Of a stretch of 64,000 bases of DNA, positions 1-12,100 are shown in pieces. The notes under the pieces were generated by a model, which was given only the letters and a program-made list of their open reading frames with translations, was not told where the DNA came from and searched no databases. Numbering within the stretch: the first letter of the stretch is position 1; every line of letters begins with the position of its first letter. This DNA is from Antechinus flavipes (Eukaryota): NCBI RefSeq assembly GCF_016432865.1, contig NC_067401.1, forward strand, positions 40,672,001 to 40,736,000, given 5' to 3'. A program made the position numbers and the translations under genes.

Positions 1-1379
1 AATATAAGATCCTTCAGAGTCCTTAAAGGATCTTGTACTTTCTTGATGCTAAAATACTCAAATATCCTTTGACTTGGAAGCTCATTCCAATGATGGAGAC
101 CTCAATCTACCCATGTCTCTTCTTCCTGAATGCTTGTCTCTTTCCTCCCATAAGTTCACCATGGGGGAGCTACCCAAAATGGTGGAGATTTTCCTCAATT
201 TTCCAGATGTCTCTAGGATACTAATGGAACACTCTGGCTCTCTACTGTGCCATCTCACCCTTACCATGTAAGCCAACTCATCTTTTCTTCATATCATAGA
301 TTTTCTTGACATTTCTCACTCTATTCTTTGAAATTCCTCATTGGTTATATGTCGGAGCCCAACTGCAACAATCATGTGCCTCTCTATTGCCCTCTGTGAT
401 TTATATATAATTCTTTGGAGACTGTTATTTCTTTATCTTATGACAGGATGGGAAGATACCAAAAGTATGGAAAATTTTCAGACTTTATTTTTTTTTAAAG
501 CTATTAATGATTCAATCTCTATGCCAATTATATAAAATCTTTATTCATTATCTCTACATGAAAATGTCCTTAATGAATGTATGAATAAGGAAAAGAAAGC
601 TTCCAACATGGATACTTAACAATGAACTACATCTTTACAATTTTACAATTGCCTCAATATGACAGGTGGGAAAACTGGGATCCAGAAGGATAATGTAACA
701 TAAGGTCATAAATCTGGTTACTGGTAAATAAAGGGACTGAAAAGAAACATTTCTCAATTCCTAGACTTACATTCTTTTCATTAAACCAAACTATTTCTTA
801 GTTATATTTATTATGTCCTTGTCAAATGGTCTTATGAGATTCAGAAATAGAAGGGCCCATAGGTAACAATACACCTCTTTTTCTCTCCTTCCCTCCCTCC
901 CCTTCCACTGTCCTAGTCATTTTAATGACTTGGAAATCTAACTTATCACATCATTTGCTCAAGATCATTCAGCCAATTAAATCGAAGCTCCAGGATTTGA
1001 ATCTTCCAAATCTAGTCCTCTTTCCACTATACCTTATACCATGTCCTATCTTCTCCAATTTCTGGAAGATTAAGTCTGAGTTTCAACCTTGCCCCGTACC
1101 TTGCCAAAGCAACCCTTTTACATACGCAGTTATTTCATTCTATCTTATCTTCTCCAGAAAAATTGTACCTGATATCACTTATCCTTACACTCTCCCCATC
1201 ATACTGGCTGCTTCTCTACAAACCTGACCATGTTTCCTGTATCCTCCAAAAACCACCAAATGATTTTCTCATCCCCCCTATCCACTCCATATTTCTCCTT
1301 GCGAAAATTAAGCTCTTAGAGAAGGCCATCTACAATCAATATCTTTACTTACTTACCATCCTTTCTTAACATTCTTATA

Positions 1380-2800
1380 GTCTGGCTTCAGATGCCTTTT
1401 AAATTAATTGCTCTCTCTAAAGTTACCAACGATCTTTTCATTGCCAAATCCTAATAGCTTCTTATGAATACATATCCAATTTTATCTCTGCAGCTTTTAA
1501 TACTATCAATCACATTTTCTTCAAAGGTTTTTGTAACACTAATTCTTTCCTGATCTCTTTCCCATTGGTTAAATTGATGTTTCTTGGCTTTCTTTGCTGG
1601 ACTTTCTTCAAGGTCGTACCTGCTAACCATAGGTGGTCCAGAAATGTTCTGCCTTGAGCTTTTTTTTCTACTTCCTCTATACTATTTCCCTTGGTGATTT
1701 CATCAGCTCCCTCTATTATTCTCAGTTCTATTTTTCCAGTCCTAATCTGTCTTCTGATCTCCATTCTTGAATCTCTAATCACCCATTGAATATCTTGAAC
1801 TTGAAATTCCACTTATCTTCAACTCAACATGATGCTCATTATCTTTTCCCTCCAAACCCTCTCCCTGCCTTTATTACTGTTGAGAGCACCATCACCCTCC
1901 TAAATATTCAGGTTGGCATCACTTTCACACCCCACATGCAATCTATCATTGTCTTGTTGATTGTACCTTTGTAATAATTTTCTTCTACACCTCTTGACTG
2001 CCCTGCTGCAGACTTTCATGTCTTTAATCTTCTGCCTCATTTCTCCTGTGCCACATTCAGGACAGTGATGGTCCTCCAATATGGTTCTGACTGTGACACT
2101 TTCCTATTTAATAAATTTCAGTGGTTCCCGGTTGCATCCAGGACTAAATATAAAATTTCCAGTTTGACTTTTAAAGTCCTTCATAAGCTTGCCCCTTCCT
2201 ACCTTTCCAGTCTGGTCTCCTACCCTATGTCCCTCCACTGCAGCGCTTCCACCCAAATCTAGACTCCTTGCATTTTTACAAGCTGTCCTCCATGTCTGGA
2301 ATGCTCCCACTCCTCACCTCCTGGCTTCCTTCAAGTCTCAACTAAAATCCTACTTTCTGTAAGTCTTTCTCTGCTCCCCTTGATGTTAGTGTCTTGCCTC
2401 TGAAATTATCTCTTTTTCCCTGCCTATATCTTATTTGTACATAGTAATTTGCACGTAGCCTCTCCCATTAGCTTGTGATCTCCCTGAGGGAAAGGACTAT
2501 TTTTGTCCTTTCTTTGTATACCCAGCATTTAGCAAAGTGATAACTAGCATTTATATCATGCCTACTGTGTGCCAGGCCCTGTGCTAAGTGTTTTACAAAT
2601 ATCATCCCACTGAATCCTCACAAGGAGAGGGAGGTGCTATTATTACCTCTATTTTACAGTTAAGGAAACTGGAGACGGATTCAGTGACTTGCCCATGGCC
2701 ACAAAGATTAGAATTTAGGTCTTCTTCACTCTAAGCACTGGCGCCACCTAGTTGCCAGTGCCGGGCACAGAAGAGACACTTAATAAATGTTGACTTGATA
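1380..2800 (+). mobile_element. Degenerate LINE-2 (L2) remnant, 3' end interrupted by a MIR-like SINE
   Basis: The L2 3'-end motif is split: cccagcatttagcaaagtg (2521) and gcacagaagagacacttaataaatgttgacttga (2765-2798). L2-like pyrimidine-rich decayed sequence lies upstream. The 5' limit is approximate. Confidence 0.55.
2545..2755 (-). mobile_element. MIR/CORE-family SINE
   Basis: Core motif ctattttacagttaaggaaactggagac...gtgacttgcccatggccaca, typical of the MIR reverse strand. Confidence 0.7.
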
Positions 2801-3187
2801 GGGTCTTTTACGCTTAGTAACCAGTCATTTTACTTCTGTGACTCTGTTCTGTCCGTAAAATGGATATAATGTATGGTATGATTACTTTGTAGGATTATGA
2901 GGTTCCAAATCAATATGTAAAATAATTTTTATATCAATGCCAGCCATCATTCCTCGTTACCACAAGACACTCACTGCATAGAGCAGGGCTTCAGATGAAT
3001 CAATCGGGGTTTCAACTGCCCGGAGGAGAGGGAGTTGGTGGTATCGAGATAATTCCGTCCCCTCTCCCCTTCCCCCCACAGGGATAAAATGCCGCTTTTG
3101 CCCTTGGTGTGCCTGCACCGTGGGACCCACTGTCCTTTCTCGGCTCAACTTCACAATCATAAAGACACTGTCAGACACAATCACATT

Positions 3188-3193
3188 TTTATT
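3188..3193 (-). terminator. BOLA1: BOLA1 polyadenylation signal AATAAA
   Basis: tttatt on the + strand, about 90 nt downstream of the BOLA1 stop codon. Confidence 0.7.
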
Positions 3194-3279
3194 TTGGGAG
3201 GGCAGGCCCCAGTCGAGGTCAGTAACTCTCTCCTCCCACAAATCTAAAATACATGTGTTCCCCTCTCTTGGGCAAGCTT

Positions 3280-3705
3280 TCAGGAGACACCATGGAGGTC
3301 TTTCTTACTCCCACCCAGGCAGGCAGGGCTGATTTCTATTTGGGGGTTATCTCTCCATTGGGCAGGGGTCCGAGCTTGGATAGCCAGGGCATGGACAGGC
3401 CCTGCAAGTTCTTCGGCCAGGGCAGCATGGACCAGTCGATGGCGCTGCAGGGAGCTTAGTCCTTCGAAACGGGAGCTCACCACGGCCACTCGGAAATGGG
3501 TCTCGCTGCCAGGGGGCACAGCGTGACCACTGCTCTCATTTCGAAGCTCCAGCACCTCCGGGCTCAAGGCCTGCTCCAGCTTTGCTCTTATCGCAGCTTC
3601 CACAGGGCCCTCCATTCCGGCCCTCTTTACGCAGCCTCCGGACAGATGGACGCAGCCGGACATGGCCCGGGGGGCCAGAAGTCGGATTGACAGTACACTC
3701 AGCAT
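3280..3705 (-). CDS. BOLA1: BolA-like protein 1 (mitochondrial Fe-S cluster/BolA family), single coding exon, 141 aa
   Basis: Translation GPVEAAIRAKLEQALSPEVLELRNESSGHAVPPGSETHFRVAVVSSRFEGLSSLQRHRLVHAALAEELAGPVHALAIQARTPAQW matches mammalian BOLA1. ATG at 3705-3703. Position next to HIST2-type histone genes matches human synteny. Confidence 0.97.
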   Translation of the reverse strand: MLSVLSIRLLAPRAMSGCVHLSGGCVKRAGMEGPVEAAIRAKLEQALSPEVLELRNESSGHAVPPGSETHFRVAVVSSRFEGLSSLQRHRLVHAALAEELAGPVHALAIQARTPAQWRDNPQIEISPACLGGSKKDLHGVS

Positions 3706-3708
3706 CAG

Positions 3709-4390
3709 CTACAGGAAGGATAGGGGAGGGGGAGAGGTAGGGAGGAGGGAGGAAGGGACAAATGAGGCTTGGAGACCCCCCCATGCGACCTTGACTTCAC
3801 CCCTACCCCATTCCCCAGTCCAAACAACCAACCCCCCCTCCTTCAGGCAGCCCACCCACATTGTGCTGGGCTGGGAGGTGAGAGCGAGGAGATCCCACCC
3901 TATCCTTCTGTGACGTCGAGGGAGGAGGCTACAAAAAGCTCGGGGTGGGCTGGAAGGGGGCCCCTAGAACGTAGCAGACGCTGGAGGCTGGGTTTGGTGC
4001 TGGTAATGAAGCGGGGGGAGGGTAAATGGGACTAGGGGTGGTGAGTAGGTAGGGGGGGGTGGAACACAGGGGGAGGAAAGGGGTGGGAGGAGCGGGGTGG
4101 AGTGCGTGGGGGGGGAGGACCCAGGCAAGAGGTGCTTGTTTTAAAGAGGGTTGCCGCTGCAAATGGAAGGACTGATTGAATGAATGAACGAATGATACAT
4201 CGATAAAATTAATCGCGCATTACGTGCGCAGCTTAGCGCTGGGCATCCAAGCCGAACTTTCGATTTTCTGCTCTTTTCTACATTCTAATGGCGGGGACGG
4301 GAGGGGCGATAAATAAGGAAGAGCTGGGGTGCCCCTGCTTCAGGGATTGACATCTGAGCCCACGCCCCCCGATACCTCCCCCCGTTTTTA
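3709..4390 (-). other. BOLA1: Predicted BOLA1 5'-UTR intron
   Basis: Minus-strand acceptor cctatccttcctgtag|ctgATG ends 3 nt before the start codon. Candidate donor CAG|GTAAAA at 4390 lies inside the CpG-rich promoter region. The acceptor is strong; the donor is inferred. Confidence 0.6.
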
Positions 4391-4700
4391 CCTGTCCCTA
4401 GGGGTCAGCTGCTGGCGCCACTCCGGGATTCGTTACACACGCCCCATTGCTGCTTTCGCGGAGGACGCACCGGTAATTGGAGTCTCGGCTTCGCAAGACA
4501 TGCCGGGAAATGGAGTCCTTAGTCCCTCATTGGCGAGCAGGCGAGGGCGTAAGTACCCAATTTTCGAGATCCCGCGTAGCCCGCTTCCCTAGCGCTCATG
4601 GGAATTGTAGTTTCTTGGAATTTATGTTGCGCCTGCATTACGCAATGCAAGTCAACCCAGAGGCACTGTGGGAAAGCTAGGACATGAAAGAGAACCGGTT
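4200..4700 (-). promoter_or_regulatory. BOLA1: CpG-rich BOLA1 promoter with ZNF143/THAP11-type motifs
   Basis: ACTACAATTCCCAT on the minus strand (4598-4611), an SBS-like TTTCCCACAGTGCC (about 4662-4675), a C/EBP-like ATTACGCAAT near 4637, and high CpG density. Confidence 0.7.
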
Positions 4701-4810
4701 ACTGTGTATTCCTTTGAACTGTTTGCCTACACTCTCGATTCATCAACCAGAGGCAGAAAATAGCAGTGATACAAATCTTATGTTCATACCGTCCCACTTT
4801 CCATTCAAAT

Positions 4811-5314
4811 TGTTGCGTCACAGTTCCCTTTTATTGCCCTGAGTCAGTTTCCCTAACTTGTCCCGCCTCGGTTTCCCTGAATTGTTGCGCCTCAGTTCCT
4901 AATTGTTCTGCTCGATGCTGCAACACTACCCCTCCCTCCTAACCAGGATGATCCCGATAAGGAGAAAGACCTTCTATGTTAGACATCCAGATGTCCGGTG
5001 CCTCCCGCCATCCCCATTTATCAGAATGTTCGGTACCTTTCCCCCATTCTGTAATCCCAATTTGTCAGATTGTCCACCCCTACCCTGTCAGAATCGGGTT
5101 GATAGTCCCGTTTCCAGTGCTCTGACTCCGCCCCTGCTTCCGGCTACCTTGTAGCTGAGCCACCTGCATATAAATGTCATTGAGAACTCACATCGGTGGT
5201 TGGATGCTTTGGAATCAGCCCTAGGGGCAGCATGCCCACAGCACAATCCCTCCTTTTCAAATAAAACGGTAAAAATTCTCTAATCTCTATCTTGTCTGTT
5301 TCTCCGGCATTACA
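4811..5314 (+). mobile_element. Solo LTR, window family B
   Basis: TG...CA termini (tgttgcgtcacagttccc ... tttctccggcattaca). The same termini recur at 30999, 45699, 46246, 46830, 51138 and 53983. Confidence 0.7.
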
Positions 5315-5734
5315 CAAACCATAACCATAAAAGAGAAAAAATTTCTGTTCTAATGGGGAAAACAACACATGGTGAATGCTTCTCAGGTTAGTATGGTGTG
5401 ATAGAAATCTAGATGTCAGAGGGCATCCAGACTCCCATCCCAGTTCATATACACAAGAAGCTGCGTGATCAGGGACTAAATCATTTATTATGATTGAGCC
5501 TCTTTGCCCTCAACTATCTATAAAATGGATATTCTAATTATTTGTGCTACTTAGTTTAGAGGATATGAAAACAATTACAAGCAACAAAATATAAATGAAC
5601 TGAGATTATTAAGTATTTTTGTATTATTTATTTTTGTATATTTAAGTATTTTGCCTTGTGTTTTTTTTTTTTTTAAACTGTTTACAATCTTGAAATAAAA
5701 ATAAAATACTATACTAGGTGAAAAGGAGCAAGAA

Positions 5735-6830
5735 TGCTCTCTGGCCCTAAGAGCTTCAAGGGAGGTGTGAATTCACAAAAGTTACAAAGTTTACTTTGTG
5801 AATCTGGCATACTTGTGAGATCCAATGAGTAAAGGTGTAAACACAAGCATTGTATTTAATTAGTTCTACTTAGTACCTTGTTTCAGGTTCTGGCCTTCTT
5901 GTAAGATCAGATCAATAATCTATCAACTCTAATGAGTTAGCAGTTTGTAAAGATTCCAACATCTCCCCTTTTCTTTTGTTTTAGAACATAGGGTAGTCAT
6001 GACCTCCCTGATTTCTCAAGGAGGTGAGAACCCCCCAAAAAGGTGATTCACGCCTTCCCTGACACCTCAGGAAGGGAGATGAAAACACCAAAGGAAATAG
6101 GAAGTCAAATCAGATTAGCGGGTTTCTGAAGGGGCTCACTTGAAACAGGTACACATAAATCCATCAATATGGGCCAGAACTTTGAAACAGATATATACAT
6201 GGTATACATAAATCCATCAATATGGGAGGCATTACACATAATTTACATAAGCACATAGCAATATAACACAGGCTAGTAGTAATGTAACAAATAACATGAA
6301 TCAACCTGAGAATTTACACATGTCCTTAAGTCCTAGAAATAGTCAATAAGGAATCCATTGTTCATTAATTCATGTGCCAGGAATCTTAATAATTCCTGTA
6401 AGCTCTGAAGTACTGCAAAAAGTCTCATCAACAATTTTTCATCTCAAGGAATCCAATGATTCTTGCTGGTTTTTCAATAACTAGAACAGTCTCATCTTGT
6501 GTTAGGGAATCCAATGAAAAAGTTCTTTTAACAATCTCATTGTCAGCCATCTGATTCCTTCTCCACCTATGGAAATATAAGCAATCCTCTTCCCCAAGCA
6601 GTTTAACCTATCTAATTCCCTTTTATTTACCACTTTGGGGATTTCTCCTCATCATCTGGTAATTACATTGGAGCTGTTCCCACTGGATATTGCCTTGTTG
6701 TCTTAAAAGGCCTGTATTCTCCCCAACTGTAATCCTGATTGCTTTTCTGTTGGTTGATGACATCAGAGTCCTGAATTTCTAAAGTCTCCTCTGGGTGTAA
6801 CCTCAGCTGCTATCATGCCCCACCTGTCCT
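5735..6830 (-). mobile_element. ERV remnant: partial 3' LTR (family A, 5735-5961) plus polypurine tract and decayed internal sequence
   Basis: On the minus strand AAAAGAAAAGGGGAGA (5977-5962) directly precedes TGTTGGAATC..., the LTR start shared with the 43793-44367 copy. The internal extent is approximate and no ORF remains. Confidence 0.65.
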
Positions 6831-7604
6831 TTGATTGATACTTTGGAACTGGGCCCTGCCTCTCATTTCTCTGGCTCATCCTACATTCAGAGGCCCAGTG
6901 AAAGCCTCAGTTACATTTTGGACATGGGGTTTTGGGTTTTATTCTCTCACTTCCTAAATGCTAGTCCTGGCACTAAACTAAACCAGCTGTGGGAGCTTAG
7001 ATAAATCACTTAAATTTTTAAAGCCTCATTTCTCTGATATGTCAAAAATGGGAATTAAATCTCTAAGGTTGCCTTTCAACCATAATCTTATGATAATTGT
7101 ATTTAAATGTTCTTCTTAGGAGAATATGAGCATACTTTGTTTCTTACTTGCTGTTTCCCAAAATAATCAGAGGATTTCCCCACATTACTTAGAATGTTAT
7201 AAAATTAGAAGTACCTTTAAAAAGTCAACATAGCTATCAATAAAAAGTTATTTAAAGAAAAAAATAAAAGTAAAAGGAGAGATTGATTAAAAAAAAGTCA
7301 ACATAGACCAGGAATTAGCAAATTTATGACCAACTTCCTTAGTTCTCTTAATTCCTACTTTTCCTGGGCTGTTCCTCAGTTCCCCAGTTAGTGATCTAAA
7401 ATCTGGCTTTTCCTCTGTGGTTCAGTATGAAAGGGACTGAACACTTCTAAATTTTCCCACTAGCAAGTGAAATTTTGTAGGGAGCTACTTGATCATTGAT
7501 TTATTCATTTCAACCTCTGATATACACAAATATACATATACATATACATATACATTTAAACACATCATTAATAGGTGATAGACATATGCATACACACATA
7601 CACT

Positions 7605-7815
7605 TTTTTTGGTTCAGTCATGTCTGATTCTTTGTGACCCCATTTAAGGGTTTTCTTGGCTGAGATACTGGAGTGATTTGTCATTCTTTCTCCAGTTCAT
7701 TTTACAGATGAAGAACTGAAACAATTAAATGATTTGCTCAGAGTTCACACAGCTATTAAATATCTGATGTAAAATTTGAACTCAGGTCTGGTGGTCTCTC
7801 CATTGTGCCACCTAG
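7605..7815 (-). mobile_element. MAR1-like marsupial CORE-SINE
   Basis: gttttcttggctgagatactggagtgatttgtcattctttctccag followed by the MIR core. Confidence 0.6.
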
Positions 7816-8439
7816 TTGCCCTTACATGCAAGTGCACATGAACACACATGCACACACACACTTATACTCTCTTACTCACACTTCCCCTTCCCCCGCCTTT
7901 CCTGAGTTATATGACCTATTTATCAAGAGTTCCTCCTCCTCCCCTTCCTCCTTTCTGCCCCCCCCCCCCCTTCTCTTCTTTTTCTTTTTTCCTCTTCCTC
8001 CTCTGTCCATGTGAGGAGAGTCTTACCCTTACATTTGGGTTCTTTGTCCAGAAGAGTATAATTTTTTATTGTATTTCACAAGGCATCTTGAGGTTTGGGG
8101 GCTAGTTTCTGTCCCCTTCCATTTATTTATTTTATTACTTTTTTTTAATTGCTGAAACAATTCACTGTCTCTTGTTTTCATTCATAATTTTTTGAACTAT
8201 AGTTCTGAGAAAACTGGCTTTGAAAAAGTCCATTGTGATTCAGATGAGGCCTACTTGACACTATGTCTTTCAACCCAAATCACTTAGGCTTTCACTGAGC
8301 CACCTTAAGCCTTTCTTATCCATTGTTTGGGTTTTGTTTGCTCCTAGTAAGTGTAAATAGCAATGGTTTTCCATTCTGGCCAGGAATCCTGAGCATCTAC
8401 CCCTTTCAGATGGATTCTTTTGTGATGGTAAACTAAGTC

Positions 8440-8700
8440 ATCTTTTGACTCAATTCTTAACCTAGCCTTGAGCACTGAATGAGTCAGGCAAACCAAGAAT
8501 CTGGTAGAGACCTTAGCTTAAAAAGACCATGAGTCTCCCACTGCATCCTGGGGAATCACTAGTCATTTTATATCTTGCCACTGCACTTTTGATGACTCTT
8601 GGGGAGAAAGTGAGGTTGATGACTTTGCATTGTTCTGTTTCCCTTAAATCCAATCCACTTGGAAGTGAAGACCTCATTTTTCTGAAGCCTTTGTTCTCTT
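8440..8700. mobile_element. RTE-clade LINE/SINE fragment (tentative)
   Basis: gatgactctt...gatgactttgcattg...cccttaaatccaatccact resembles marsupial RTE-derived repeats. A similar style of sequence occurs at 43375-43790. Confidence 0.35.
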
Positions 8701-8929
8701 GAAGATCAAAGTTCCAATTAGGATTTATTCAAGAACAGCAGAAGAGAAGAATTGTATATTGCTGGATAAGATCCTGTAAGGTACCTCAGCAGAAAGAAAA
8801 GGTTGTATTTTAGAATGCTTAAATTGTTACAAAGAAAAGAAAAAATGTATCTGATTCCATAGTCATTTACAATAGACTAAAGAAAACAGTATCTTCTTTA
8901 TCAGTCAGTTAGTCAATTAGTATTTCTTA

Positions 8930-9170
8930 AGCTACTGTTGCTCAGTTGTGTCCCTGAAACCTTTTTTTTTTTTTTTTTTTCTTGCAGATACTGGAGTAGT
9001 TCGCCATTTCCTTCTCTAGCTCATTTTACAGATGAGGAAACTGAGACAAAGAGGATTAAGTGACACTCCCAGGTCACACAAGTAGTAAGTGTCAATACAG
9101 ATTTGACCTCTGGAAGATGAGTCCTCCTGACTCCAGGTCCAGCATTCTATCCACAGTGCCAACTCCATGT
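8930..9170 (-). mobile_element. MAR1-like marsupial CORE-SINE
   Basis: cttgcagatactggagtagttcgccatttccttctctagctcattttacagatgaggaaactgag. Confidence 0.65.
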
Positions 9171-12100
9171 CTATTTTTAAGCTACAAATGCTGTGTTATA
9201 GGATAAGATAAAGAGAAGGGAGTGAGTTTCTTGAACTATGTATTCAAAGTCTTCTAGAATAGTTTTTTTTTTTGTAACATTATGAAGGGGGTGGGGGGGG
9301 GGAGGAGAAAGACAGGCATTTGGCTTTACACTGTCCCTGAAATACATGCTGAGACATTAACCTCTCCCTTTAATTCCTCCCACCCTGCCTAAAGCAAAAG
9401 GCAAAAACAACAAAATGAGAGTTATTTGTGTTCTCTCCAAAATCTACTTTCAATAACATATATAAGCAGTCTCCCTAGTTTCCATTGTGAAAGCATATAA
9501 AACCCTTTTTAGTTCAACTGATAATATTAAGAAATAATATATTTTCCCCAGCTTAAAACTTTAGAATTTTCATTAGAAAATTGGAACAAAAGCTAAGGCC
9601 TTTCTCTTAAAGGATGAAGTTCAGATTTATTTATCTTGTTTAGAGATCTTTGGCTTCCTCATTCCCTGGAGCAATTGGCAAGAGAGTGAAGAGACCTCTT
9701 TTGTTATTCAGAAAGGATTGTACTGTTGATTTTGGGAGAGGGGCATTTCTGTACTAGTGGGGAGAGATAATAGAAGGAACTAAGTAGTGGCTATTGTTCT
9801 GGAATGTTAATCATAAATCATGCTTATAATTATCCTTTTTTCTTTGTTCAAATTTTCTTGAGGTAGAACCACAGAGAAATGTCCAATGGCATGAGGATAC
9901 TATACCAGTTTGGACATGTCTTTCTCTCTAGGCTAGAAATATTTGGATTTAAAATTTAAAAATGGCAATAAAATAAAAATATGGCAGACATTACTAAAAT
10001 CTAGGTTACCGTATTTACTTTTTTTCTCCAACATTATGCACTCAAGGTAATAATGGATATTAGGTGCAAGATAGCTTTTATTTATTATTTATTATCTCGA
10101 TAGAACCTAAGGGTGGGGAAAGGACACAAAGTATTTTATAAATAGTTGATACAATTCTCCATCTCTTAAGTACTCTAGGGAGGATCTAGTGCTCTCCAGA
10201 CTTTCTTGATCGTACATCCCATACATTTTTGATCAGACATCTAATATGTGTATTTTTATTTACACAACTTATCTACATATACTACTGTACCAATAATTAT
10301 ATACTTTATAAAACTTGTACAAAATATACATTTTAGAAGGATGAGATAAAGGTGAATTATTTGATCCTAGTGTTTACAAGGAGCCATTAGAATTTACTGA
10401 ATTAGGGGAGTGATATGGTTAAAACCATTACATTGAAATAGCTTGGGAAGTTGTGTTAGAGGATGGGTTGTAGAGCTTAAATTACTTGAGGCAGGAGAAT
10501 AATTAGGCAGACCATTGTAAAAGCCCAAGGAAAAACTAAATCAGGGCTGGAATAGGATGGTAGTTGCCTGTGTGGTGGGAAGAGGATGGGTTGTAGCCAT
10601 CTTTTCCATACCTAGCAGGGATGGATTCTGAAACTCACGTATCCCACTCAAAATGAAAATAGAGAAGCAAGTCTCTTAATTTCTGCCATGCATTTTGAAA
10701 TTTACACTTCAAGTGGGTACCTGAGGGTTTCCCTAAGTGAATGCTCCGGTAGTGGTTAGGTAACAACAGTGCTGGGGACTCAGCTTAAAAGAGAGGAAGT
10801 TAGAAATCTGCAGATGGAGGAGGAGGAGCAGAGTTGGGGGAGTAATAGGGGATACACATAAGTGAGAAGTTACTGAAGGCAACTCCTGTGAATGGCTATT
10901 GCTGGAAGAATGGGTTGTAATATTTTCTGATTGGCTGATCACACATCTTTGAGGATCAGGTCTCAGCTCTTCTTCAGACTAGAACCTGTACTTGGAATAC
11001 CACAGATCTAGCCCTGGTGGGTATGATTTGAGAAGTTTTTATTATTGATTTGTAACAGTGGTAATATGAATAGTATTCTACTCTCATAACTATGGCTCTT
11101 CTTTTCAAAACAATGATATGTACCCTCTACCTATTACCACCCAAAAATTCATCCATTCTTCCCCCCACCAAAATGCATGCTCCTAATCTCTCTTCTTCAT
11201 TGCAAGAATGCAGTTACTCAGGGTATTCAAAATCTAATCCTAATTGGGGCATCCTTAGCTCAGCTGGTGACATTGGAAAATTCCCATTTTCTATTTGTTC
11301 GTTTTAGGTGGAACAGAATGAGTCACATCAGATAAGCAGGCTTGGATGGGCCGTGATCTGCATGGCAAATCTCACTGCTGTATCTCTTTCCCTCCTCACT
11401 TCCTACATAACTTCTTTTTGCAATTTTAAAATTATTTTTTAACCATTCAGGACGCTATTGACTTTTCAATCACTCTGTTTTGCACTAATTCTTTGCTATC
11501 ACACTTCAGATATTGTCCTTTTGATCCTTCCATCTGTCCACCTTTCTCAATTCGTCTTTTGCCTGGGCAATTATAACTTCCTAACTGGTCTGGAACTATT
11601 GGTTGACCTAGATTGAATATCCCCCAATTAAAAATATTTTTAAAAAGAAATATTTACTGCTTAGTTATTTTGATCAAATTAACCAATTAATTACTTGCAA
11701 ACAACTATTAACTTACAATTTTACAAATATTTTTCTTTAATAAGATAAAAGAACTAGAAATAAAAATGTACTCCAAGGTCATGTCACTCTCTAACTCCCT
11801 TAGGAAATTAGGCCCAGAGAGTCTAGGGGATTTGCCTGAGGTCACACAGGTAGTAAGTGTTTAAGGTAGGATTTGAATCTAGGTTTTCTGACTTCATACA
11901 ATGTTCTGTGTTAAGTATATTCAGTGACTATTCTCAAGAACAAAATGGTTTCCTTCTACTTTTAATAAAATAAAAACTCCAAACATAGTTTATTCAGCTT
12001 TATTTATTCTTTCATTTCAATTTTAAATAATGTACATATCAGGACAATAGCATGCACATATAATTTGTGAGAGGTATGCTTGTTCAAAATACTTTTTTCC

